Part shown: piece after piece, positions 19,155-28,409 of the stretch
Layout of the letters: every line of letters starts with the position of its first letter
Position numbering within the stretch: the first letter of the stretch is position 1
From: a virus
DNA: 64,000 nucleotides
Reading direction: 5' to 3' (one strand)
Virus record (IMG/VR): IMGVR_UViG_3300023176_005537
Span: 92,946 to 156,945 of that record
Notes under the pieces: generated by a model
What the model was told of the DNA's origin: nothing
The model's input: the letters and a program-made list of their open reading frames with translations, nothing else
Database searches by the model: none
Position numbers and translations under genes: made by a program

Positions 19155-22100
19155 GTTCGCTCACATCGCAGATACCCATATCAAAAACCTTAAATATCAC
19201 TACGAGTATGATCTAGTTTTCAAGCAACTTTACAAAGAATTGAAAAAAGAAAAGCCAGATTATATCATTCATTGTGGTGATATTGCCCACACCAAGACCC
19301 AAATCTCACCAGAATTTGTTGAAATCTGCTCTGATTTCTTCAAGAACTTGGCAGAAATTGCACCAACTTATATTATCTTGGGGAACCACGACGGAAACCT
19401 ACGCAATAAAAGCCGTCAGGATGCCATTTCTCCCATTGTAGATGCCCTAGGTATAGCTAACCTCCATTTGATCAAGAACGCGGCTAAAATAAGGCTTCCA
19501 GAGCCTTTTACGCTGAATGTGTTGAGCATCTTTGACGAAGACAATTGGGATCTAACACAAGATCTCGATCGCATCAACATTGCTCTTTACCATGGAGCAG
19601 TCAAAGGGTCGAAAACCGACGTTGGGTATGTGATCGAACACGGTGATGTTGAGATCAAAGATCTTAAAAAGTTTGATTATGGTTTTTTGGGAGACATTCA
19701 CAAGACAAATCAGAAGATCGATCGCAAAGGGAAGATCAGATATGCTGGTTCGACTGTACAACAGAACTTTGGCGAGACAGATGACAAGGGTTTTTTGATT
19801 TGGGAGATTGAAGATAAGGACAAGTTTTCTGTTCGGCATATTCTTTTGGAAAACCCAAAACCTTTTGTTACAATTAAGCTAACAAAGAAAGGCAAAATTC
19901 CAAAATCCGCCAAGCCAAAGCCCGGCTCTAGGATCAGGTTGGTGTCTGAAAGCAACATCACGCTCGATGTCCTTAAAAAAGCCATTGAAGACGCTAAAAT
20001 TGACTTTAAAGCAGAGTCTGTCACTCACTTGAGCAAAGCAGAATTGGCTAAAAAGAGCGTTGAACTGAAAGACAACGAGATTGAGAACCTTCGAGATGTA
20101 GAAGTCCAGAAAAAACTGATGAAAGAGTATCTAGAAGAATTTGAAGTTGAAGATGACATTATGGACAAGATTGTAGAACTTAATGCAAAGTACAATTCAC
20201 TGGTTGAAGGTAATGATGATCAGTTTCGCAATTTAAACTGGAAAATGAAATCCATGGAGTGGGAAAACCTTTTCAACTATGGGGGTGATAACTCGCTAGA
20301 CTTTGAAAAAATGAAAGGAATCATCGGGATCTTTGGGAAAAACTACTCCGGAAAATCCAGCATTATTGACTCTTTTCTCCTAGGAGCGTTTAACACCACT
20401 TCAAAGCCGGCAAAGAAGAATATTTCCTTTATTAATCAAAACAAGGAAGATGCTAGCATCGAGCTTAAATTTGACATTGGAGGAGAAGAGTACACTATTT
20501 CCAGAAGTATTGAAAAATACGTTAAAAAACTGAAAGGAAAGACAACAGACGAAGCAAAAGTGAATGTTGATTTCTCTTATTTTGACCCTGCTGCGAAGAA
20601 AGTTGTAGAATTGAACGGAAACACAAGAGCAGAGACAGATAGAAATATTCGCAAATATATTGGTTCAATTGAAGATTTTCTGATCACATCAATGTCGGCA
20701 CAGCATGGAGCATTGCAATTTGTGAACGAAGGCTCCACCAAGCGTAAGGAAATCTTGGCAAAATTCCTAGATTTGGTGTTTTTTGAAGAAAAATTCAAAG
20801 CAGCAAAAGAAGACTCCAGAGACCTTAAAGCTCTGATCAAAAAAGAAGAAGAAAGAAACTTTAAAGACGAGATTTTTGAACAAGAAAGCGCCTTAATCTA
20901 TAATCAATTAGATTTGGATGAGAAGAAAGAATGCTGTGATCTTCTGAAAGAAGAGAAGAAAGAAATGGAAAAAGAACTTTCTCTTTTAGAGCACAAAATC
21001 AAGTCAGTTCCAGCAAAAATCATCAACGTTGAAAAGTGTAGAAAAGAGTTGAAAAACTCAAATCAAATCTTGGAAACCTTGAAGTCAAGCCAAGCTGCGT
21101 TGGAAAGCCAGAAAGAAGAGAAAAGTGCTTATTTGAATAAAATCAAAGAGTTCCTTTCTACTTTTGATCCGGAAGAATATTACCAATCTTACGAGGTCGG
21201 TAAAGAAAAAGCCAAGCAAGTTAAATTGATCTTAAATGAGGTAAAACAAGAGGAAATCAAGAAGAAGATGGAAGAGAAAAAGATCTCTCTTCTTGATCAA
21301 GTTCCTTGTGGAGATCAGTTCAAAACTTGCAAATTCATTAAAGACGCTTTTGTGGCAAAAACAACAGTTTCAGAGTTGGAATTGGCACTAAAAGGACTTC
21401 AGAAGGAAAAAGAAGAAGCACAGAACTATATTGACAGCGACGAATACAAGAAGGCAGAAGAGTATGTTCAAAACTACGAAAAATTAGTTGAGAAAAAGAA
21501 CAAAGTTAACTCTGAATTGCTTAAGTTGAAGAACAAAGTGCTTCAGGGTCAAACTAAGGTTTCATCCACTGAAAGCATTATTTCTGAATTGAAGTCCGAC
21601 ATTAAAGAATACGAAGATAACAGAGAAGCAATTGAAAACTTGGAAGCCCTAGCAAAAGAAAAAAAGCAACTTAAAAAAGACCTTAAACAAAAAGAAAACG
21701 AATATAACACCTGTGAAGCAGAATATATTCACCTTCATACTGTTAAGGGACAAATTGAGCAAAAGCTGGAAACTGTCAAAAAAGAGGCAGAAGAATATGA
21801 AGAAAATAAAAAGAAGTTCGCAGCATATCATTTGTTCATGACTTGCTATCATAACTCTGGCATCTCATATGAGATTATCAAGAAAAGGCTCCCAAAGATC
21901 AACGAAGAGGTTCAAAAGATCCTGACAGGAATTGTTGATTTCGAAGTTTTCTTTGAAACAGAAGAAAAGAAATTGAATATTCTTATTCAACACCAAGGGC
22001 ACGATCCTAGACCGCTAGAATTAGGCTCCGGAGCCGAAAAGTCCATTGCCGCCATGGCTATAAGGCTGGCTCTATTGAATGTCTCTTCTCTTCCAAAGAG

Positions 22101-22296
22101 TGATATTTTCATTCTAGACGAGCCGGGAACAGCATTGGATGAAAGCAATCTGGAAGGCTTTACCAGAATACTTCAAATGATTAAAAACTACTTTAAAACT
22201 GTTTTGATCATAAGTCATATGGATTCTCTCAAGGACATTGTTGACTCGACAATTGATATTGACAGAGTTGACGGATTTGCGAGAGTAAATCAGTAA
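19147..22296 (+). CDS. Fused SbcD/Mre11 nuclease - SbcC/Rad50 ATPase (gp47-gp46-like)
   Basis: Phosphoesterase motifs HIADTH, CGD, GNHD, GDIH; Walker A GKNYSGKSS; long coiled coil; signature GSGAEK; Walker B FILDEP; H-loop ISH. Confidence 0.9.
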   Translation: MTKFAHIADTHIKNLKYHYEYDLVFKQLYKELKKEKPDYIIHCGDIAHTKTQISPEFVEICSDFFKNLAEIAPTYIILGNHDGNLRNKSRQDAISPIVDALGIANLHLIKNAAKIRLPEPFTLNVLSIFDEDNWDLTQDLDRINIALYHGAVKGSKTDVGYVIEHGDVEIKDLKKFDYGFLGDIHKTNQKIDRKGKIRYAGSTVQQNFGETDDKGFLIWEIEDKDKFSVRHILLENPKPFVTIKLTKKGKIPKSAKPKPGSRIRLVSESNITLDVLKKAIEDAKIDFKAESVTHLSKAELAKKSVELKDNEIENLRDVEVQKKLMKEYLEEFEVEDDIMDKIVELNAKYNSLVEGNDDQFRNLNWKMKSMEWENLFNYGGDNSLDFEKMKGIIGIFGKNYSGKSSIIDSFLLGAFNTTSKPAKKNISFINQNKEDASIELKFDIGGEEYTISRSIEKYVKKLKGKTTDEAKVNVDFSYFDPAAKKVVELNGNTRAETDRNIRKYIGSIEDFLITSMSAQHGALQFVNEGSTKRKEILAKFLDLVFFEEKFKAAKEDSRDLKALIKKEEERNFKDEIFEQESALIYNQLDLDEKKECCDLLKEEKKEMEKELSLLEHKIKSVPAKIINVEKCRKELKNSNQILETLKSSQAALESQKEEKSAYLNKIKEFLSTFDPEEYYQSYEVGKEKAKQVKLILNEVKQEEIKKKMEEKKISLLDQVPCGDQFKTCKFIKDAFVAKTTVSELELALKGLQKEKEEAQNYIDSDEYKKAEEYVQNYEKLVEKKNKVNSELLKLKNKVLQGQTKVSSTESIISELKSDIKEYEDNREAIENLEALAKEKKQLKKDLKQKENEYNTCEAEYIHLHTVKGQIEQKLETVKKEAEEYEENKKKFAAYHLFMTCYHNSGISYEIIKKRLPKINEEVQKILTGIVDFEVFFETEEKKLNILIQHQGHDPRPLELGSGAEKSIAAMAIRLALLNVSSLPKSDIFILDEPGTALDESNLEGFTRILQMIKNYFKTVLIISHMDSLKDIVDSTIDIDRVDGFARVNQ

Positions 22297-22303
22297 AAAG
22301 CAC

Positions 22304-22320
22304 CTATTTATATATAAATA
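22304..22320 (+). promoter_or_regulatory. Putative late promoter within a 16-bp perfect palindrome (TATTTATATATAAATA)
   Basis: CTATTTAT motif at the replication-to-late cluster boundary; 22305-22320 is self-complementary. Confidence 0.6.
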
Positions 22321-22338
22321 TGTAAAAGGTGTCCAATA

Positions 22339-22758
22339 ATGATCAAGATTAAGTTCCTCAAAAAACTCCCCGTTTCAGGAGGCAAATGCCCTCCTGCCAC
22401 ACAAGATCTGAAACTAAACACCAAAAATAGAAACGCTTCAATTAAGGCAGAACACATCCAATACGGCCCTTTAAACCTATCTGACGAGGCTTATTGGGAA
22501 AGAGCCGCAGAACATTGGAACACCACTCCTGCCGTGGCTAAAAAGTCCAAATGCGGCAATTGTGTTGCTTTTGATATTTCACCTAGAATGGATGATTGTA
22601 TGCCCGGCCCTGTGTCCGATAAGGATGGCCGTTTGGGTTACTGCTGGATGCACCACTTCAAATGCCACAGTGCGAGAACATGCTACACATGGGCAGCAGG
22701 TGGGCCAATCAAAGAAGACAAAGTTTCCCTTGAATGGCAAGAAAAGGGTGAAAAATAA
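22339..22758 (+). CDS. Cys-rich hypothetical protein, possible metal/Fe-S binding
   Basis: CGNC...GYCxxxxFKCxSxRTCxTW. Confidence 0.55.
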   Translation: MIKIKFLKKLPVSGGKCPPATQDLKLNTKNRNASIKAEHIQYGPLNLSDEAYWERAAEHWNTTPAVAKKSKCGNCVAFDISPRMDDCMPGPVSDKDGRLGYCWMHHFKCHSARTCYTWAAGGPIKEDKVSLEWQEKGEK

Positions 22759-24029
22759 TGCCCTATAAGATCAGGAAAACAAAGTGCAAAAAATCAGATG
22801 GTTCTTCCGGAACTCACGTTGTTTATAAAAAAAGCGGTAAGCGTGTCGGATGCACAGATGAGCCAGAAGATTACAAAAAAGCTCTTTATGCAGCAGAAGT
22901 TAATGAAGTTTTGATCTTGGAAGATACGCTGTATAAAAACGTAGAAGATGACGTGTTTCTACACTTTACCTTGCGAGATAGAGCTTATAAGATCAGAGAA
23001 ATGGGAGAATTACTTCGACAGCCCGAAGGTATAGAGAAGTTTGGAACAGATACAATTGACGCAGTTTCTTTGATTTGGGGAGATTTTGTCCCCAAAGTGC
23101 AGACCAATCACCTAGGCGGCGAAGACATTGTAGCAATCATTTTCAAGACTGATGTGCCTCCAAAATATGGCTATGTTGAAGAGGTGAAATGGGACGTTGA
23201 AAGACTTCCTATTTACGATGTTAGGATTGTGCCTTTCGAAGAAGCAGTTCAAATGTTGAGAAATGCGCCTGAATATGTCGATGAAATGGATTATGTTCTT
23301 TACAAGGAAAATAAACAAATGAATATTGAAGACCTAAGTGCGATCATTCGAGAGGAAGTTAAGCTTGCACTGGAAGAAGCCAAAAAGAAGAAAAAGAAGA
23401 AGAAAAAATCTAAAAAGAAGAAGGGCAAAGACGATCGCTGCACTCGTATTGCAAAAAGAAAGTATGATGTGTGGCCGTCAGCCTACGCTAGCGGCGCAGT
23501 TGTTCAGTGCCGCAGAGGAAAGATTTGGAAAGGTCTAACAGAAGAGAAGGAAATCACCCCAGAAGACAAAGAGACAATTTCTGATATTGTAGCCAAATTG
23601 AGAGCAGCATCGGAGTCTCACGCTCAAATGGCAAAAGATTTGGAAGATGGTGCAGCAAAGCTTGAAAAAGGTTCAGAAGCCCATTCTAGCCAAGCAGACA
23701 AATTAGAAAAGATGATCCAAGAAAGAAAAAAGAAGAAAAAGAAGTCTAAAAAAAAAGTAAAAACTGACTTCTCCAAAGAAAAGGACAAAGGCCTTCACGG
23801 TTGGTTTGAAAGGCAAGGTGGTAAAGGAAAAAGTAAAGGCTGGGTTGATTGTAATACTTGCCGAACAGACAAGAAAACAGGAAAGAAAACTTGTAAATCT
23901 TGTGGTCGTCAAAAAGGCGAGAAAAGAGCAAAATACCCCTCTTGCCGTCCAACCCCTGCTGCTTGTGGGACTGCTGGCAAAGGAAAGTCTTGGGGTAAAA
24001 AGTCTGCTAAAAAAGGAAAAAAGAAATGA
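22758..24029 (+). CDS. Multi-module, Lys/Cys-rich putative internal head polyprotein
   Basis: Distinct modules (MPYKIRK..; LHFT..EE; AKRKYDVWPSAYASG; GLHGWF..WVDC..CGR..YPSCRP) separated by VNE/ILE, LEE, LTE and IQE sites; poly-Lys runs. Confidence 0.6.
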   Translation: MPYKIRKTKCKKSDGSSGTHVVYKKSGKRVGCTDEPEDYKKALYAAEVNEVLILEDTLYKNVEDDVFLHFTLRDRAYKIREMGELLRQPEGIEKFGTDTIDAVSLIWGDFVPKVQTNHLGGEDIVAIIFKTDVPPKYGYVEEVKWDVERLPIYDVRIVPFEEAVQMLRNAPEYVDEMDYVLYKENKQMNIEDLSAIIREEVKLALEEAKKKKKKKKKSKKKKGKDDRCTRIAKRKYDVWPSAYASGAVVQCRRGKIWKGLTEEKEITPEDKETISDIVAKLRAASESHAQMAKDLEDGAAKLEKGSEAHSSQADKLEKMIQERKKKKKKSKKKVKTDFSKEKDKGLHGWFERQGGKGKSKGWVDCNTCRTDKKTGKKTCKSCGRQKGEKRAKYPSCRPTPAACGTAGKGKSWGKKSAKKGKKK

Positions 24030-24871
24030 AAATAAAGATTTTGAAAGAGATGAAAGGGTGCGGTGGTGTTTATGAAAGATGCCCACATTCCGGGTGCTCC
24101 CATTGCAGGAGTGAACACGGTCGAGATTTTGATAAGCACGATCACGAAGGTTCAATGGCAAGAACCAATCTTTGGAAAACCAAAAAGTATTGTGAAAAGT
24201 TATTAGATATGCTTAATGACAAAGATGATCTTCCAGAGTGGGTTGACGCAAAGATCACAAAAGCAACAGACTATCTTTCCTCTGTTAAAAGATATATGGC
24301 TGGTGAGATTGCCAGAGATCAGGGAATGCTTGAAGAAAGGCTTTCCGAAGGAATGAAATATCATATGGATAACAATATTACGATTGATAAAAATATTTAT
24401 CGCATCCACTCTGACAACTTCTTTTCTCTTTTCAAAGAAGCAAGAAATCTTTGGAAAAGAGGTTTGGTTAATTTAACAGAAGCTGAAAGATATTACATCT
24501 CTGAAACTGAAATTGGAGAGTTTGGCATCTTTGAGGGCAAAAGAGTTCCATTGGACTTTCCAATGGTTGAGGAGTCTCTTTTGGAAGCAAAGTATAAAGG
24601 AAAGGATGTTAAACTTAACAAGCCACAAAGAGGTGGTTCCAAGAAGTTTTATGTTTACGTTAGAGATCCAAAAACTAAAAACATTCGCAAAGTTTCTTTT
24701 GGAGACAAAGGAATGTCTGTAAAGGTGGCAGATCCAGAGAGAAGAAAGTCTTTTGCAGCACGACATAAATGCAAGGAAAAAAAAGACAAAACAAAAGCAG
24801 GATACTGGGCTTGTCGTATTGGGCGCTACCCTCATCTAACTGGTTCAAAGAAAAGGTTTACTTGGTGGTAA
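24026..24871 (+). CDS. Multi-module putative internal head protein
   Basis: EGSMA...LPEWVDAKITKATDYL module; LSEG..YH module; KPQRGGSKKFYVYV..FGD..RRKSFAARHKC..AGYWAC module, all of a type seen in T4-like phage late regions. Confidence 0.6.
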   Translation: MKIKILKEMKGCGGVYERCPHSGCSHCRSEHGRDFDKHDHEGSMARTNLWKTKKYCEKLLDMLNDKDDLPEWVDAKITKATDYLSSVKRYMAGEIARDQGMLEERLSEGMKYHMDNNITIDKNIYRIHSDNFFSLFKEARNLWKRGLVNLTEAERYYISETEIGEFGIFEGKRVPLDFPMVEESLLEAKYKGKDVKLNKPQRGGSKKFYVYVRDPKTKNIRKVSFGDKGMSVKVADPERRKSFAARHKCKEKKDKTKAGYWACRIGRYPHLTGSKKRFTWW

Positions 24872-24872
24872 T

Positions 24873-25151
24873 ATGGAATTTCCTTTCAAAGAAAAGAAGT
24901 TAGAAAACAATATCGTGATCAGAGAGTTCAAAGAAAATGTTGATTCCGAAGAGCTTATCTGGCATAGAGATAGAGAAAACAGAGAAGTTACAATCTTGCA
25001 ATCTTCTGGATGGCAACTTCAAATGGACAATGAAATTCCAAAAACCCTTGAAGAGGGAAAAACTTATTATATTCCTGCTTTTGTTTACCACAGAGTGATC
25101 AAAGGCAGCGGCAATCTTATTGTTAAAATAAAAAAGGAAGAGATTAAATGA
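24873..25151 (+). CDS. Small cupin-fold protein
   Basis: WHRDxE motif 1 and GxTYYIPAFVYHRV motif 2. Confidence 0.7.
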   Translation: MEFPFKEKKLENNIVIREFKENVDSEELIWHRDRENREVTILQSSGWQLQMDNEIPKTLEEGKTYYIPAFVYHRVIKGSGNLIVKIKKEEIK

Positions 25152-26965
25152 AGATGAAATTAATCATGGAAAGTTTTCGAAAAACAATGAAAGAATTCAA
25201 AGAGAGAGAAGGCAAAACAATGTCTTATGATTCTTCTTTGGGTGGCTTTGTTGTTTCAAAAGAAGACTTGTCAAAAATCAACCAAGCAATCGAAAAGATC
25301 TACAAAGCATTTGAAGAAAGAACCGGAGGAACTGCTGAAAATATCCCTAGGATTGAAGCAGAAGATCTAGAGCCTGTTGCGGGAGCTTTGAACGAATCGG
25401 CGGAACAAGGTGGGGAGCCCACCGAAGAGGAAAAGGATTATATTGCTCTACGACATTTTGGATACGATTCATGGAACGAATTGCCCGAAGAAGACAAAGA
25501 TCTTGTGATGAGAAGGTTGGAGCTTTTCACTTCGGGCGGCGAAATGAAGCAAACCATTGGAGCCGTTAGTGGCTTGAAAAAAGGTCTGGGACGTATGAGC
25601 CCAGAGGACTTTGAAAAAGGGGGATACGTCCTTCCCGTTTCCGCAGAAGTTCTGGAAGATTTTCAGGCTATGGTCAATGAATTGAAAGAAGGTGGTGAAG
25701 TCGATAGCCTTTTTGAAAAAGCTAGGGACTGGTATCATAAAATTAGAGATCTCCTCGATGAAGAAACTGGAAATGATCAAGACGCTACTTTGCTAGGTCT
25801 TCTTATTGCAACGTACAGCCCCAGAGCAAAGTTTGCTCTGAACTTGGCTGAAGCTGCTTTTATGTTCAAAGCAGTTGAAATGGATGCAAAGGACAACAAA
25901 GAGCTTTTGAGAGAATATATTAATATCTTTCCCGGTGGTAAAAAGAAAAAGCAGGGAGAATTTCGAGGGTTTACAAAGGCGCACAAAGTTCCAAACTTCA
26001 CCCTGAACCTGATCGCCCCAGATTTGTCTGGTGGGCGAGATAAAGAAGGGAAAATTAGCTATGATGAGCTTTATATGTGGAACTCCACAATTGACACTTG
26101 GATGATTGACGCTTTTTATCCAAATGTCAGAGGTGTTACAACGGCAAAAGAATGGGAAAAGATCAAAGGCAAGATGATGGGTAACGTTGTTACTTATCGG
26201 TATATGGCAGGGTTGGTCGCACAGGAAGCGAAAAAACTAGGCCTCTTACCTCATGAGCTTCAAGCTATTGTGTGGGTTGCTTCTCAAATCAGAAAGACTG
26301 GAGAGAAAGGTCTTGGTGTCACTACTGAGTTTGCAATCAATCAAATTAAACAATCCATTGTCAACCTAGAAAAGATTAAAGAACAATTCAACGAAGAGGA
26401 AAGGATTAATAAGAAGTTGGTCGGACCATACCTTAAAGAGTTGGATATGGACAAAGAATATACAGAACAGTTTGGAGATCAAAGCTGGCTTAAAGTTATT
26501 TTGGATAAGATTGAAACAGATGGTTTTGATGAGGCTGCTGATTATATCTTAGGAATTAAAAAAGGAGACAAAACGGTTGTTCCCGGTGTGCGCTCTATCA
26601 CAGCCTCTGGTAAGAAAGGGAAAGAACCAGATCGCTTTAATCCTGTTCGCCCAGAGTTTAAACCAAAGAAAGAGAAGAAAGAAAAGGAAGAAAAGAAGAA
26701 GAAGCCAAAGGACACAAGATATCAAGACGCAGAAAAATATGGAGAACTTAAAACATTTTATGTTATGAATGAAGTCATTCAGATGCGAACCGGAAAGTTC
26801 AATAACCTTCACGACTCAATTCTTTTGTATTTGAGTGATGATTTCTCTAAAGAAAAGGCTGTTGATTATATTCTAGGCAGGTTCGACTCCGAAGCAAAAG
26901 CCTCCAAAGATTATTTCATCAAAGAAAGCAAAAGAAGATTTGTTGTAAGGATTTTGAAATCATGA
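25148..26965 (+). CDS. Protein with a helical DNA-glycosylase-like domain and MKxKLIME leader
   Basis: WY...IATYSP...NLxxA; TIDTWM; Y...AKKLGLLPHELQAIVW. Confidence 0.55.
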   Translation: MKMKLIMESFRKTMKEFKEREGKTMSYDSSLGGFVVSKEDLSKINQAIEKIYKAFEERTGGTAENIPRIEAEDLEPVAGALNESAEQGGEPTEEEKDYIALRHFGYDSWNELPEEDKDLVMRRLELFTSGGEMKQTIGAVSGLKKGLGRMSPEDFEKGGYVLPVSAEVLEDFQAMVNELKEGGEVDSLFEKARDWYHKIRDLLDEETGNDQDATLLGLLIATYSPRAKFALNLAEAAFMFKAVEMDAKDNKELLREYINIFPGGKKKKQGEFRGFTKAHKVPNFTLNLIAPDLSGGRDKEGKISYDELYMWNSTIDTWMIDAFYPNVRGVTTAKEWEKIKGKMMGNVVTYRYMAGLVAQEAKKLGLLPHELQAIVWVASQIRKTGEKGLGVTTEFAINQIKQSIVNLEKIKEQFNEEERINKKLVGPYLKELDMDKEYTEQFGDQSWLKVILDKIETDGFDEAADYILGIKKGDKTVVPGVRSITASGKKGKEPDRFNPVRPEFKPKKEKKEKEEKKKKPKDTRYQDAEKYGELKTFYVMNEVIQMRTGKFNNLHDSILLYLSDDFSKEKAVDYILGRFDSEAKASKDYFIKESKRRFVVRILKS

Positions 26966-27678
26966 AGATGGACGAAAAATATCCTCTCCTTCCACACGAC
27001 GAAGAGATTTCAGATTGGCAATGGTGTATCAAAAAAGCAATCATTGATATTCACGCCAAAGCAATGCCTTATAAAAGAGGCACTTGGGGTGGTTCAACCG
27101 AAGACATTTATTATGACAAAAGAAGGATCTTGAGAAAAGGCGAAGGAACCTACTGTGTTGGATGCACTTCTGAAATCTTCTTCCGCGCTTGGAAAGAATT
27201 CACAGGGGATTACCTTGAAACACCAGAAGGCAACTTTACAGGCAAAGAAGCTTGGGAAGTTGCAAGAGCCTTTTTCTTTGCTTACAAAGACGAAGAGATT
27301 GACGGAATGCGAACAGACGAATTTGGAGCAATGGGTTGGTTTAAATGGTTAGCAAACAGACCAGAACGCTTTGATTGGATTGAAACCTTCACAACACACA
27401 ATCCTTATGAGATCCAATTTGGAGATTGGGTTTCAATGCAGTTTGCAGAAGATTATTCATCCGGCCACGCTACAGTGGGGTTGGGATTGGACAAGTACAA
27501 AGGCAATGATGTTGTCAACGTTTATTCTTCAACTACTTATTATGATAAAACTTGGATGAAAGAAAAGGGCGTTGAAAATCCCTACTCAACAGGGAACGGC
27601 TTTGATTATTACCGTTTAAACGTAACAAAGAGTGGATTTAAAAGAAAGTTCTTTGTTTCAAGATTAGTTCAAAAATAG
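26962..27678 (+). CDS. Putative NlpC/P60-like (papain-fold) cysteine hydrolase; candidate endolysin
   Basis: GTYCVG (Cys) and GDWVSMQF...SGHAT (His); directly upstream of a holin-like gene. Confidence 0.5.
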   Translation: MKMDEKYPLLPHDEEISDWQWCIKKAIIDIHAKAMPYKRGTWGGSTEDIYYDKRRILRKGEGTYCVGCTSEIFFRAWKEFTGDYLETPEGNFTGKEAWEVARAFFFAYKDEEIDGMRTDEFGAMGWFKWLANRPERFDWIETFTTHNPYEIQFGDWVSMQFAEDYSSGHATVGLGLDKYKGNDVVNVYSSTTYYDKTWMKEKGVENPYSTGNGFDYYRLNVTKSGFKRKFFVSRLVQK

Positions 27679-27687
27679 GAGTTTAAA

Positions 27688-27999
27688 ATGGCTAGAAGAA
27701 CAGCTTTTGTTGATAAATATTTATCATCGTTTATTTCAAAAAAGTTATTGGTTTGGATTGTCGCAACAGTCGTGTTTTTGACAACTGGCAATCTTAAATC
27801 AGGAGATTGGCTTGTGATCTCTGCTATTTACATTGGTGGGCAATCTGTTATTGACGCAGTGAAAGCAATGAAAGGCTCGACCAATGTTACAACGAAAGTT
27901 GAAACAGCAGTGAAGACAATCTTGTCCGACAAAGACAAGAAAGATGAGAAAGGGAAAGTTCCCCTTTCTGATACAACAGGCGATACGGTGACAAAATGA
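27688..27999 (+). CDS. Holin-like small membrane protein
   Basis: Two short TM segments (LLVWIVATVVFL; WLVISAIYIGGQSVIDAV) and a charged C-tail. Confidence 0.55.
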   Translation: MARRTAFVDKYLSSFISKKLLVWIVATVVFLTTGNLKSGDWLVISAIYIGGQSVIDAVKAMKGSTNVTTKVETAVKTILSDKDKKDEKGKVPLSDTTGDTVTK

Positions 28000-28409
28000 G
28001 TGAGATTTGGGCAGAGGTTAAAAGAAAGTGGACAGAGTCCAAATATTTTATAGCAGTTGTTTTTGTTTTCTTGACAGTTGCTATTTTTCTTTTGACGACC
28101 AGCGATGGTCAAAAAAGATTGAGACAAATCATAAGGTCTTTGCAAAAAAGAAGAGAAGATGAATTGTACGAAATCCAAGAAAAACAAAATCAAAAAGAAA
28201 AAGAAAAGAAAGATTTAAAAAAGAAACATGAGAAGATTTTGGAAGAGATTGGAAAAGAATACAAGATTGGAAAAGAAAACGCCAAGAAAGAATACGACAA
28301 GAAGGTTAAAAAGATCTTGAAACAAACAAAGAAAGATCCTTCTCAGTTGTCCAAAAGATTGGCAGATGAATTTGGTCTTGACTACAAGGAAGATAATAAT
28401 GAAAATTAA
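27996..28409 (+). CDS. N-anchored coiled-coil protein, i-spanin-like
   Basis: Single TM (FIAVVFVFLTVAIFLL) followed by a charged coiled coil; ATGA coupling to the holin-like gene. Confidence 0.45.
   Translation: MSEIWAEVKRKWTESKYFIAVVFVFLTVAIFLLTTSDGQKRLRQIIRSLQKRREDELYEIQEKQNQKEKEKKDLKKKHEKILEEIGKEYKIGKENAKKEYDKKVKKILKQTKKDPSQLSKRLADEFGLDYKEDNNEN

Noticed and set aside
23382-23765. A-rich runs as phase-variable or frameshift sites
   Set aside because: Explained by mixed AAA/AAG poly-Lys coding; alternative frames carry no credible product
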